DNA of 64,000 nucleotides, taken from positions 53,511-117,510 of the forward strand of contig BTVY01000015.1 of NCBI GenBank assembly GCA_045863335.1. The letters run 5' to 3'. This DNA is from Candidatus Hydrogenedentota bacterium. GTDB taxonomy: Bacteria; Hydrogenedentota; Hydrogenedentia; Hydrogenedentales; SLHB01. Below the pieces are notes generated by a model. It was not told the DNA's origin. It was given only the letters and a program-made list of their open reading frames with translations, and searched no databases. Of this stretch, positions 27,387-36,142 are shown piece after piece (the first letter of the stretch is position 1; every line of letters starts with the position of its first letter). A program made the translations under genes and the position numbers.

Positions 27387-29108
27387 ATGCCCGGAACCCA
27401 GGGACATTTCGAGAATGCCGACATCTTCATGATCGCCGGGTATTTCGTGTTGATGCTCGGCATCGGCGCCTATTTCTACAACCGTATGAAGCGGATGAAG
27501 GACTACTTCAGCGGCGGCAACAGCATCCCGTGGTGGCTGAGCGGCGTTTCGTTTTACATGAGCAGTTTCAGCGTCGCGGCTTTCGTTTTCTATCCCGGGT
27601 TGTGTTATCGCCATGGATGGGTCGGCGTGACGCTGCTCTGGGTCGCCATACCGGCCACGATATTCAGCGTCATGCTCTTCGCCGTGCGCTGGCGCCGCGC
27701 GCGCATCGACAGCCCCGTCGAGTATCTGGAAACGCGCTACAGCCCGTTCTTGCGGCAGCTTTTCGCGTGGCACGGCATTCCGGTGCGTATGGTCGACGAT
27801 GGTATCAAGCTGACCGCGACCGCGACGTTCATTTCCATTTGCGCGGACGTCAGCCTAAACACGAGCATACTCGCGGCGGGGATCATCATTCTGATTTACA
27901 CGTTCATGGGCGGCCTGTGGGCGGTGACGGTGACGGACTTCATTCAATTTGTCGTGCTCACCGTGGGCGTCATCATCATCCTCCCCCTTTCCGTCATCAA
28001 GGCGGGCGGTATGGGCGCGGTAATCGGCAATGCTCCGGAAGGATTCTTTCGACTGACCTCCGAAGAGTTCGGGTGGAGTTACGTCATCCCGCTCATCCTT
28101 ATGTATGCCCTGGCTTGGAGCAGCATCAACTGGTCTCTCATCCAGCGGTATTACTGCGTGCCGAAGGAGCGCGATGCACAGAAGGTAGGCTGGCTGGTGG
28201 TGGCCTTGTACGTCATCGGACCGCCGATCATGTTCTTTCCGGCCATCGCCGCGCGGCAGTTCATTCCGGAACTGGAAGACGCGGGGCATATCTATCCGCT
28301 GCTGTGCACGCAACTCCTGCCCGCCGGCATGCTTGGCTTGGCTGTTGCGGCCATGTTTGCCGCGACCATGTCGACGCTCAGTTCGGACTACAACGTATGC
28401 GCGGGGGTGTTGACGAACGATGTGTATCGCCGGTTGTTCCGGCCCGACGCGACGCAACGAGAACTGGTGCTGGTGGGAAGGATGATGACGATTCTCATCG
28501 GCATCGTGGCGCTGCTCACCGCGATCGCGATGTCTCGCGGGGCCGCCGAGGATCTCTTCAAGAAGATGGTAACGCTGTTCGGCCTTGCCACGTCGCCGGT
28601 CGCCGTTCCGATGCTTCTCGGCCTCGTGTCGCGCCGATTCACCAACCAGAGCGCAATCCTGGGTTGTCTGTCCGGGCTTGCGGTTGGCCTGCTCCTGTTC
28701 TTCTTCGGACCCACGGAGGAACTCCTGTTTCTGGGCATCGCGTGGAAGATGGAAATCGTCCTCATCGTAGTCACGGCCGTGGTGACGCTTGCCGTTATGT
28801 TCGTGGCGAGCGCGATTGCCCCAGCAAGTGCCGAGGCGCAAGCGCGGACCGACGCGTTTCTGAAGCGCATCGAAATGCCCATTGGCTCGTTGCCGGACGA
28901 CGACGATTCCGAATCGAAGGGGAGCGCCTTTTCCCCGTTCCGCGTGGTAGGCATCTCGATTGCCCTCATTGGCGTCTTAATGCTGGCCATGATGCCGGTG
29001 ATCCAAGGTAGGACGGAAACCATGCTCGCCGGAGGAATCGGGGGGTTGCTGCTGGCCATCGGCGGGGTCGTCACCTGGGCCAGTCGAAGGCCGGTTCTGG
29101 AATCCTGA
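27387..29108 (+). CDS. Sodium:solute symporter
   Basis: DYFSGG..PWW, YT..GGLWAV.VTDF.QF, AATMSTLSS. Confidence 0.9.
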   Translation: MPGTQGHFENADIFMIAGYFVLMLGIGAYFYNRMKRMKDYFSGGNSIPWWLSGVSFYMSSFSVAAFVFYPGLCYRHGWVGVTLLWVAIPATIFSVMLFAVRWRRARIDSPVEYLETRYSPFLRQLFAWHGIPVRMVDDGIKLTATATFISICADVSLNTSILAAGIIILIYTFMGGLWAVTVTDFIQFVVLTVGVIIILPLSVIKAGGMGAVIGNAPEGFFRLTSEEFGWSYVIPLILMYALAWSSINWSLIQRYYCVPKERDAQKVGWLVVALYVIGPPIMFFPAIAARQFIPELEDAGHIYPLLCTQLLPAGMLGLAVAAMFAATMSTLSSDYNVCAGVLTNDVYRRLFRPDATQRELVLVGRMMTILIGIVALLTAIAMSRGAAEDLFKKMVTLFGLATSPVAVPMLLGLVSRRFTNQSAILGCLSGLAVGLLLFFFGPTEELLFLGIAWKMEIVLIVVTAVVTLAVMFVASAIAPASAEAQARTDAFLKRIEMPIGSLPDDDDSESKGSAFSPFRVVGISIALIGVLMLAMMPVIQGRTETMLAGGIGGLLLAIGGVVTWASRRPVLES

Positions 29109-29123
29109 CCAACCCGTGAAAAG

Positions 29124-29163
29124 CGAGGCGGCCGGATTGCTCCGGCCGCCTCGTTGTATTTTC
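29124..29163. terminator. Bidirectional intrinsic terminator between convergent genes
   Basis: CGAGGCGGCCGGA-TTGC-TCCGGCCGCCTCG, flanked by an A-run on the left and a T-rich run on the right. Confidence 0.7.
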
Positions 29164-29178
29164 TGAAGGTTTTGCAAC

Positions 29179-30489
29179 CTACGTGATCTCAGGCACGACG
29201 AAGGGATCGCGGTAGTAATCCTTCAACATGGCATTCGCCTCGTCGTCGTTTTTGAACTGGCCCGCGTCGGGGTCGAACTCGAGCGACCGCTGCAACCGGT
29301 ACGCAATGTTCCCGAGATGAATGTGCGCGCAGGAAATGAACGCTTCCTCCGGACTGCCGTGGATCGTGTCCAAGTCGCGATTCTTGACCGACTCCAGGAA
29401 GTTCCCGAAGGTTCCTTTGGACTCTGGTATCTCGACGCCCTCCGGAATCGGAATGGACTTCTGCTGGTAATCGAAGAACCCGCGATCCTTCACCCAATAT
29501 CCGTCGGTACCGAATGCGCTATTCGCACAGGCATCGTCGCAGCCCTCGGGGAATGAACCCAGGTTGCGCACCTCAAACGTCAGCATCGTGCCGTCGGCAT
29601 AGGTAAAGTCGATCTGCTGCGTGTTGGGCGTCTCGGCGTCGTCCGTCCACTTGTACCGGCCGCCGGTGCTGTACACGCGGACGGGAAGCCCCTTGTTTGC
29701 GGCCCACGCCGCCACGTCCATTTCGTGAACGCCCTGGTTTCCGCTTTCGCCGTTGCCGAAATCCCAGAACCAGTGCCAGTTGTAGTGAACAAACAGCCCG
29801 TCCTCGCTTCCTTCACGCCACAGATAGGGTCGGTCCTTGGCGGGTCCGAGCCAGAGGTTGTAATCCAAATAATCGGGCGGATCGCCGGGCTTGCCTTTCC
29901 CGATGTCGTAGCGATTGCCGTTCTTGTAGACGTACCCGCGGGCATGCACCACCGGGCCGACGATTTCGCCCTGATGGAGCAGCTTCATATCGCGGATGCG
30001 GTTCGCATCGGACCGTTGTTGCGTGCCGTGCTGCACCACGCGGTTGTATTTTCGGGCGGCTTTCACCACCTGCTGGCCTTCCCAGAAGCTGTGGGCCATG
30101 GGCTTCTCGACGTAGACATCCTTGCCTGCCTGGCAGGCCCACACGGTGGCCAAGGCGTGCCAGTGGTTCGGTGTGGCGATGGTTATAGCGTTGATGGAAT
30201 CGTCTGCGAAGGCGTCCCGCATGTCGACGTAGGTCTTGGGCCGTTTGCCCGTCTTCTGTTCAAGCTGATCGGCCCGGCCTTCGAGCACGCGCTTGTCCAC
30301 GTCGCACAGGGCCACGACGTCGGATGCTTCGTTGCCGCAGAATGCGTCGATGTGCGAACCGCCCCGTCCGCGGATTCCGATACAACACACGTTGACCCGC
30401 TCGTTGGCGCCGAACACGGTGTTCGGCAACACCGTGGCCGCGGCAACGGCAGCGGAGCCACCAAGAAATGCCCTTCGCGATACACTCAT
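29179..30489 (-). CDS. Tat-exported Gfo/Idh/MocA oxidoreductase
   Basis: SRRAFL; GIRGRG; TPNHWH; VYVEKP; GTQQRS; NQGVHEMD. Confidence 0.9.
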   Translation of the reverse strand: MSVSRRAFLGGSAAVAAATVLPNTVFGANERVNVCCIGIRGRGGSHIDAFCGNEASDVVALCDVDKRVLEGRADQLEQKTGKRPKTYVDMRDAFADDSINAITIATPNHWHALATVWACQAGKDVYVEKPMAHSFWEGQQVVKAARKYNRVVQHGTQQRSDANRIRDMKLLHQGEIVGPVVHARGYVYKNGNRYDIGKGKPGDPPDYLDYNLWLGPAKDRPYLWREGSEDGLFVHYNWHWFWDFGNGESGNQGVHEMDVAAWAANKGLPVRVYSTGGRYKWTDDAETPNTQQIDFTYADGTMLTFEVRNLGSFPEGCDDACANSAFGTDGYWVKDRGFFDYQQKSIPIPEGVEIPESKGTFGNFLESVKNRDLDTIHGSPEEAFISCAHIHLGNIAYRLQRSLEFDPDAGQFKNDDEANAMLKDYYRDPFVVPEIT

Positions 30490-30600
30490 GAGTCTATGCC
30501 TCCCTCGTTGGATGGAGTGATTCGAGTTGCTGACAATATCCCACCATTCTGGACAACTCACGCGGCACCGTCAAGTCACCGGCTTTTCGTTTTCTACCAG

Positions 30601-31773
30601 CTACTCTGCCGGAGCGGTGAAGGTATGCCGCAACGGGATTGTATGTGTATAGGGCACATACCAGCCGACCGGATGGTTTTCGTAGGTGGGCTCATGGAGA
30701 TACAGCTTGATCTCAGCCTTACTCGTGCCGGGCGTAAAGGTCAGTACGCGGCTCATCGGGTGCGACCCGGCGTGGTACTGGGTTACCGCGGCGACCTGAA
30801 GAAAGGTCACGCCCCACTTCTGTTCCTCGATGCGCTTCTCTCCCGTCGTGTCTTCGGGTCCGTGCACGTGCGTGTGCCCGCCGACCCAGAAGTCGATGGC
30901 GGGCTTGCCGTACTCCTCGTGAAAGTCTGCAAGAAACTGTTCGAACGGACCGGGATGGCCGGGTTCGGATACGGTGTATTCAAAATGTTCGGGATCGGGA
31001 TTTTCGATCGTCCAGTACAGATACGAAGACCCTTCGATTCCGCCGCTGCTGCCGTGATAGTCGCCGCCTTCGTTGTAGCCCGAGGCGGTGGTCGTATCGC
31101 GCAGCACGTGATGATGAGCCGTCACGATGATCTTGTCCTGGTTGTCCAGCACCGTCTGCTTCCACCACTCGAAGGTATCGCGCGTGACGGCGCCGGCAGG
31201 GAAACCACCCTTGTTCTGATCTTCGCTGTTGCCTCGTCCGACGGGGCTGGGCATGTCGTTCCGGTCGCTCAGCATGATGAACAGGATGTTGCCGGCTTGA
31301 AAAGTGTAGCGGTCCCAGCGGCCCTGAACCGGGAACGGACGGTTCTCGTTCAGCACGCCGGAGTATTGGGGGTTCTCGCCCAGGGGATCGATCCATTTGC
31401 GGAACCAGGTGCCTTCGCCTTCGTCGTAGTAGTTCGCATCGTGGTTGCCTTGCACGTGGTAGATTTGTTCGCGGGCATGTTTACGCAGAGCCTCGAACTG
31501 TAGCGCAATGACGTGGCCGTCCGCATCGGTCGGCGGGAACTGGCTGGCCGTCATGTCACCGCAATCGATGGCGATATCCCAGTCGAAGCCGGGCGCATCC
31601 TCGAAGAAGCCCTCGGACTGGCGGATGACCTTCGACAAACTCGCGCGCCCGAATCGAATGTCCTGAGGTGAATGAATGCAGCTTGTTGCCCAGACGACGA
31701 AGGGGGCGGCGGCGGCATGCGCGACCGGGACCGAAAATAGGACTGCAACCACAATTGCAAACTGCCGCCGCAA
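30601..31773 (-). CDS. Secreted calcineurin-like metallophosphoesterase
   Basis: GD, GNHD, HH and GHTH motifs; signal peptide when started at TTG 31773 (the longer ORF-track N-terminus is repeat-derived). Confidence 0.75.
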   Translation of the reverse strand: MRRQFAIVVAVLFSVPVAHAAAAPFVVWATSCIHSPQDIRFGRASLSKVIRQSEGFFEDAPGFDWDIAIDCGDMTASQFPPTDADGHVIALQFEALRKHAREQIYHVQGNHDANYYDEGEGTWFRKWIDPLGENPQYSGVLNENRPFPVQGRWDRYTFQAGNILFIMLSDRNDMPSPVGRGNSEDQNKGGFPAGAVTRDTFEWWKQTVLDNQDKIIVTAHHHVLRDTTTASGYNEGGDYHGSSGGIEGSSYLYWTIENPDPEHFEYTVSEPGHPGPFEQFLADFHEEYGKPAIDFWVGGHTHVHGPEDTTGEKRIEEQKWGVTFLQVAAVTQYHAGSHPMSRVLTFTPGTSKAEIKLYLHEPTYENHPVGWYVPYTHTIPLRHTFTAPAE

Positions 31774-31826
31774 CGCACGGTGTTTCGCGCGATTCGCTGA
31801 ACCCTTTCGATCGGCCGTACTGTTTC

Positions 31827-31917
31827 GCACTTTCAGCGCTCCCTTCTTCGTGTGACCACCTTTCCCGGGGCGGCGCTTCGCTCTGCCCCGGGCTGATATG
31901 TTGCGGCCCTTCAGGCC
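31827..31917 (-). repeat. Triple-hairpin REP-like element (GGCC-TGAAG-GGCC / CCCGGGGC..GCCCCGGG / GCGC-TGAAA-GTGC)
   Basis: Same three-hairpin architecture as the copies at 50480-50565 and 50605-50690. Confidence 0.65.
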
Positions 31918-32121
31918 AGACAATCGAGGCCCTGCTGGCCGGCACCAATTAGGGCAGATGTGCTGCGACTCGTCAGGCTTGGGCGAAGTCTTGCGAACGG
32001 GGTCTTCACCACCCAGGCCAGTATGTGTCGCTGGTCCCGTTCAGAAACTATCGAAACGTCCGACTGGGGGCCACGCTTTCGTTAATCCTTTTGGTCATTC
32101 GGATTTGTTTCGGATTTTTTC

Positions 32122-33357
32122 CTACGCTGGCTCGAACTGCGGCACCTGCAACCGCTCGCCGTCTTTCATAGCCGATTGATGCCCTACGATCCCCGGCACG
32201 GTCATAGCGAGAGCGTCGTAGATGCCAATGGCCGGTTCGCGGTCTTCCAGGAGCGCGTTGATGAACTCCGCGGAAATGAACGTGTGCGAGCCGCCATGGC
32301 CGGACCCATGCCGCATGGGTTCCGGCAGCATCTCGGCGGTCTTCCAATACTCGGGAATCAGCAATTCGCCACCCTCCGTTTCGGGCAGGTCGTACATGCT
32401 GCCTTGATGCTCCTTGCGACGGAATCGCAGGGCCGGTTCGTAGAATCCCTCCATCTGCATCATGAAGGTGGCCCGGTCGCCGAACCATTGGGCGCGCTCG
32501 CCGCCCGCCGCTACCAGCCAGAATACGTTGCACCGGCACATGTGGCCTTTATCTGTCTCCATGAGGGAAGACTCATTCCAGTAGGGGTTGCCGTATTCAT
32601 TCTCCGTGAGGTAGGGATGATCGGTCCCCCAGCCCAAGGCGGACACCGACGTGACGCGCTCGCCGGTGGTGCCGACGAGATAGCCGAGGCTGTGGGTCGG
32701 ATAGTGCAACGGCGCCATTCCGAAGCGCCAGGACTTCGTGCCGTCAGGATTGTAGAAACGCGTGCCCTTATCGGCGATTAGTTGATCGAGGTCGCCGCGG
32801 TCGTGGTAGTACTCGACTTCGGAATAGAAGATCTCGCCGAACCCGCCTTTGTTGTAGAGATTGCGCGCGAAGATGCCTCCGGCGCGGTAGTAACTCGTCT
32901 CCGCCATCATGTAACGAAGCCCGGTGCGTTCTTTCAGCTCCTTCATCATGTGGGCTTCTTCAATCGTGAAGCAGGCGGGCACGGCGGAAACGACATGCCA
33001 GCCGTTTTCCATGCACCACTTCGTGTGCTTGGCATGGTTGGTCGCCTCGGTGAATACGGCGACTGCATCGACGTTCTTTTCGGTCTTGAGCATCTCTTCG
33101 AGGGAATCGTAGACGTTGTCGCACTGGTACGTGTCGCGCAGAATCTTGCGCCGCTCTTCGCGCAGGTCCGTAACCGCGGTCACCTCGCAATTCGGATGCT
33201 CGTGCCACTGAAACTGCGCGCCAAACCCGCCCCCGACTACGGCCATACGGATCTTCCTGCCTGTCTCTTGCGGGTACGCGCGGCCCGCGTACCATAGCGC
33301 AGCCGTGCCCGCAACTCCCGCTCTAGCGGTTTTCGAGAGAAAGTCACGCCGATTCAC
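32122..33357 (-). CDS. Tat-exported Gfo/Idh/MocA oxidoreductase (SAVP variant)
   Basis: GAGGAG RBS + GTG; NRRDFL; VGGGFG; HVVSAVP; YMMAETS; HYPTH; GHGGSH. Confidence 0.88.
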   Translation of the reverse strand: MNRRDFLSKTARAGVAGTAALWYAGRAYPQETGRKIRMAVVGGGFGAQFQWHEHPNCEVTAVTDLREERRKILRDTYQCDNVYDSLEEMLKTEKNVDAVAVFTEATNHAKHTKWCMENGWHVVSAVPACFTIEEAHMMKELKERTGLRYMMAETSYYRAGGIFARNLYNKGGFGEIFYSEVEYYHDRGDLDQLIADKGTRFYNPDGTKSWRFGMAPLHYPTHSLGYLVGTTGERVTSVSALGWGTDHPYLTENEYGNPYWNESSLMETDKGHMCRCNVFWLVAAGGERAQWFGDRATFMMQMEGFYEPALRFRRKEHQGSMYDLPETEGGELLIPEYWKTAEMLPEPMRHGSGHGGSHTFISAEFINALLEDREPAIGIYDALAMTVPGIVGHQSAMKDGERLQVPQFEPA

Positions 33358-33496
33358 GATGCACTCCTCAGCCGTTGTGCGTTTTAGCATTTGTCCCGCA
33401 GTGGAGCGGAAACGCGTTACCCGATTTCTACCTTAGAGCGTGAGCGGCGTCGATGGCAAGAGGCTGAGGCTTCCTGGTTTCAGCCAAACAGAGCAC

Positions 33497-33570
33497 TTGA
33501 CTTTTGTATTTTCTTTTGTTTAGCATACTGAACTTATGGATTCGCACAGATATTTAAGTTCACGTAAATA
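33497..33570 (+). promoter_or_regulatory. Sigma-70-like promoter with downstream palindromic operator
   Basis: TTGACT (33497), 18 bp, then TAGCAT (33521); TATTTA-N8-TAAATA palindrome at 33551-33570 in an AT-rich gap. Confidence 0.5.
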
Positions 33571-33614
33571 AATTTCCAGAACCGGCCGCATAGGCCAGCA
33601 GGAGAAAACGAATA

Positions 33615-34587
33615 ATGAAAAAAAACGGGGTTTACTCTAATCGAGCTGCTCGTCGTCATCGCCATCATCGGCATCTTGGCGGCGATACTCCTACCGGCAT
33701 TGGCCCGCGCCCGCGAGGCCGCCCGCCGCGCCAGTTGCCAGAACAACCTGAAGCAATGGGGGCTGGTCTTCAAAATGTACGCCGGCGAGTCCCGCGGCGA
33801 AACCCTGCCCCCCTTCGCCCTGGGTTGGTTTCCGCAAAAGGACGGATCTCCCGGGATCGTGCTCGACGCCGGCCCTTTGCCCATGTCCCTTTACCCCGAA
33901 TACCTGACCGACCCTGCCATCGTGTTCTGCCCTTCGGACGCCGAGCTGGCCACGGATCAGACCGAAGCGAAGGACGACGAAGGCAACTGGTGCCTCGGAT
34001 ACGGCGGTTATGGTTATCGCAATTGCGGGCGCGCCATTGACGCGAGCTATCAGTACACGGGATTCGTGTTGGACCGCGGCGACGCAAACGATCCCCAGGA
34101 GACGCTGAGCAACATACCGACCCTGGCTTTTGCCGCCTCCCTCTATGGAGTCGATCCCACGTATCTGGCCATGGACGTTCCCGTTCAGTTTGGTTACGTG
34201 ATGGACCACATCTTCGAGTTGTACCTCGCGGCCACGGCTTCCCCTCCCGACGGCCTGTTCCCGCCGGTGGATGAAGACATCGACTTGTCGTCTTCAGCGC
34301 CTGGGCAGGGCAACGGAGGGAGCGACGCCGTTTACCGGTTGAGAGAAGGTATCGAGCGCTTCCTGATCACCGACATCAACAACCCGGCAGGCTCGGCCCG
34401 CGCGCAGAGTGACATCTACATCATGTTCGACGCGCTTTCGACGGAGGTCCACGCATACAATCACGTGCCCGGTGGCGCCAACGTGCTCTATATGGACGGC
34501 CACGTCGAGTTCAGCCGGTATGGTGAAAACGGCGAGCAACCGATCAACCGCGGCAACGCCATCATCATGTCGGTCTATAACCGATAG
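33615..34587 (+). CDS. DUF1559 prepilin-type N-methylation / H-X9-DG protein, frameshifted in an A8 run after the start codon
   Basis: Removing one A from 33618-33625 gives [47 protein letters not shown]...[15 protein letters not shown]. Confidence 0.85.
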
Positions 34588-34662
34588 CCATTTCGCGTGC
34601 GTGCGCGGGCCCCGATCGGGCGCTCGCGCACGCACCGTCACTCACCGCTCAAAGGACTGTCA

Positions 34663-35829
34663 ATGCAAACGACCCGCTGGCTCCACGCAATCCATCAGTG
34701 GACCGGGCTCATTTCCGGACTGAATGTGCTGGTGCTCAGTCTTACCGGCGCGTTTCTCGTGTTTGCGGAAGACATCGAACACTTCTTTGCCGCGACCTCC
34801 GGTACGGTCGTTGCCGAGATTCCTTCGACGTCCCAAACACCCGTTCAGGATGCGATCGCGCAATTGACTGAGCGGCATCCTGGCGCGATTCCTGCCGCTG
34901 TACGCCCGCTTGAGCCCGGCGCGACGCAGGTCGTGATCGCATTGTTGGAGCGGCCGGACACCTTCCATCGGTATGCCTTCGATCCCGGCTCGGGCGAGGT
35001 ACGTATTGACGTTCAGGGTTGGCCGGCGAAGCTGTATGAATTCATGCTACACCTGCACACGGATCTCTTCCTGGGTATCATGGGTGGCTTGTTTCTGGGG
35101 GGCATCGCGATTCTGTTTCTCGTTTCGACGCTTACCGGAATCATCATCTACGCGCCCTTCATGAAGAAGGCCATATTCGGTGCGATCCGGGTAGGCCGCG
35201 GCGTCCGGCACACGTCGGCGGACGTCCACAAACTCGTTGGCGCCAGCGCGCTCGCCTTCAACCTCATGATGGCCTTGACGGGTATCGCCCTGACATTCGG
35301 GCTTCTAGGTGCGCGCGTGTGGGCGGCCGGCGAGGTCCGCGATCGCACGCAACAGGCGGCGCCCGTCGCAGCGGCGAAAGGCGCGGTTGCCGGTCGCGCG
35401 CCAGTCGACGAAGTGCTCGAGCACGCGGCCGCCGTTCATCCCGAGGCGCCCGTCAGCAGCGTCGTGTTTCCCGGCGGGTTTCAGGGGCCCAACCACTACT
35501 TTTGCTTCCACGAACGGGAAGGACGGCTCCAGAAACACCTTCCCGTGTACAGCCTTATCCCCGCAGACAATCCCGCAGCTGCGGAGGACGTCGACGTGCC
35601 GTTATGGATTGACATCGCGATGTTTTGCGTGCCGGTTCATTTCGGCAACTACGGCGGCCTTCTGCTTAAGTTCGTGTATTGCGCGCTTGGGCTGGGGTCC
35701 GGTCTGTTGACCGTGACCGGGTCGCTCGTGACCCTGGCGCGATGGCGTCGAAAACTGCGCGCCCGCCGCGTGAACGCGTCGCGTCGAACCCGGGTGCTAC
35801 AGCCGGACGTCGCCGTTGCGGATACGTGA
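34663..35829 (+). CDS. PepSY-associated TM helix (iron-regulated membrane protein family)
   Basis: H.W.GL...SLTG, LH.DL, D.HK..G, PVHFG.YGG motifs. Confidence 0.88.
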   Translation: MQTTRWLHAIHQWTGLISGLNVLVLSLTGAFLVFAEDIEHFFAATSGTVVAEIPSTSQTPVQDAIAQLTERHPGAIPAAVRPLEPGATQVVIALLERPDTFHRYAFDPGSGEVRIDVQGWPAKLYEFMLHLHTDLFLGIMGGLFLGGIAILFLVSTLTGIIIYAPFMKKAIFGAIRVGRGVRHTSADVHKLVGASALAFNLMMALTGIALTFGLLGARVWAAGEVRDRTQQAAPVAAAKGAVAGRAPVDEVLEHAAAVHPEAPVSSVVFPGGFQGPNHYFCFHEREGRLQKHLPVYSLIPADNPAAAEDVDVPLWIDIAMFCVPVHFGNYGGLLLKFVYCALGLGSGLLTVTGSLVTLARWRRKLRARRVNASRRTRVLQPDVAVADT

Positions 35830-35831
35830 AC

Positions 35832-36026
35832 ATGAACTTTCCGAAACTTATCCGCAAACGTCACCCCCTGGTTTTTCCAGGTATCCTCTCCGTGTGCTTT
35901 GCCGCGGGAGTCGCCGCGAGCCTCTACACCGGCGCGCCCGGCATTGCAGGCGGGTTGTTGGCGGCCGTTCCGGTCGGTTCCGCGGCGTGGGCAATTTGCG
36001 CCAGCCTGAATGGGAGAAGGCGCTGA
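35832..36026 (+). CDS. Small two-TM membrane protein
   Basis: MNFPKLIRKRHPLVFPGILSVCFAAGVAASLYTG...; starts immediately after the PepSY-TM stop. Confidence 0.55.
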   Translation: MNFPKLIRKRHPLVFPGILSVCFAAGVAASLYTGAPGIAGGLLAAVPVGSAAWAICASLNGRRR

Positions 36027-36142
36027 TCCAAGGCGCGGACAGATTACCCCGTCGATCCAACTGCAAATCCTCTCCAAACCGGGTATCATTCACTTAGGCC
36101 TCAGGGACATGGCGGTTTCCCTCGGGGTCAATCTTCAGCACG

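Noticed and set aside
25458-27773. 771-aa minus-strand ORF
   Set aside because: Antisense to three well-supported plus-strand genes
29725-31503. 592-aa plus-strand ORF
   Set aside because: Antisense shadow of the oxidoreductase and phosphoesterase genes
33618-33626. A_AAA_AAC as a programmed -1 ribosomal frameshift
   Set aside because: Restoring the DUF1559 frame needs +1 (or -2), not -1
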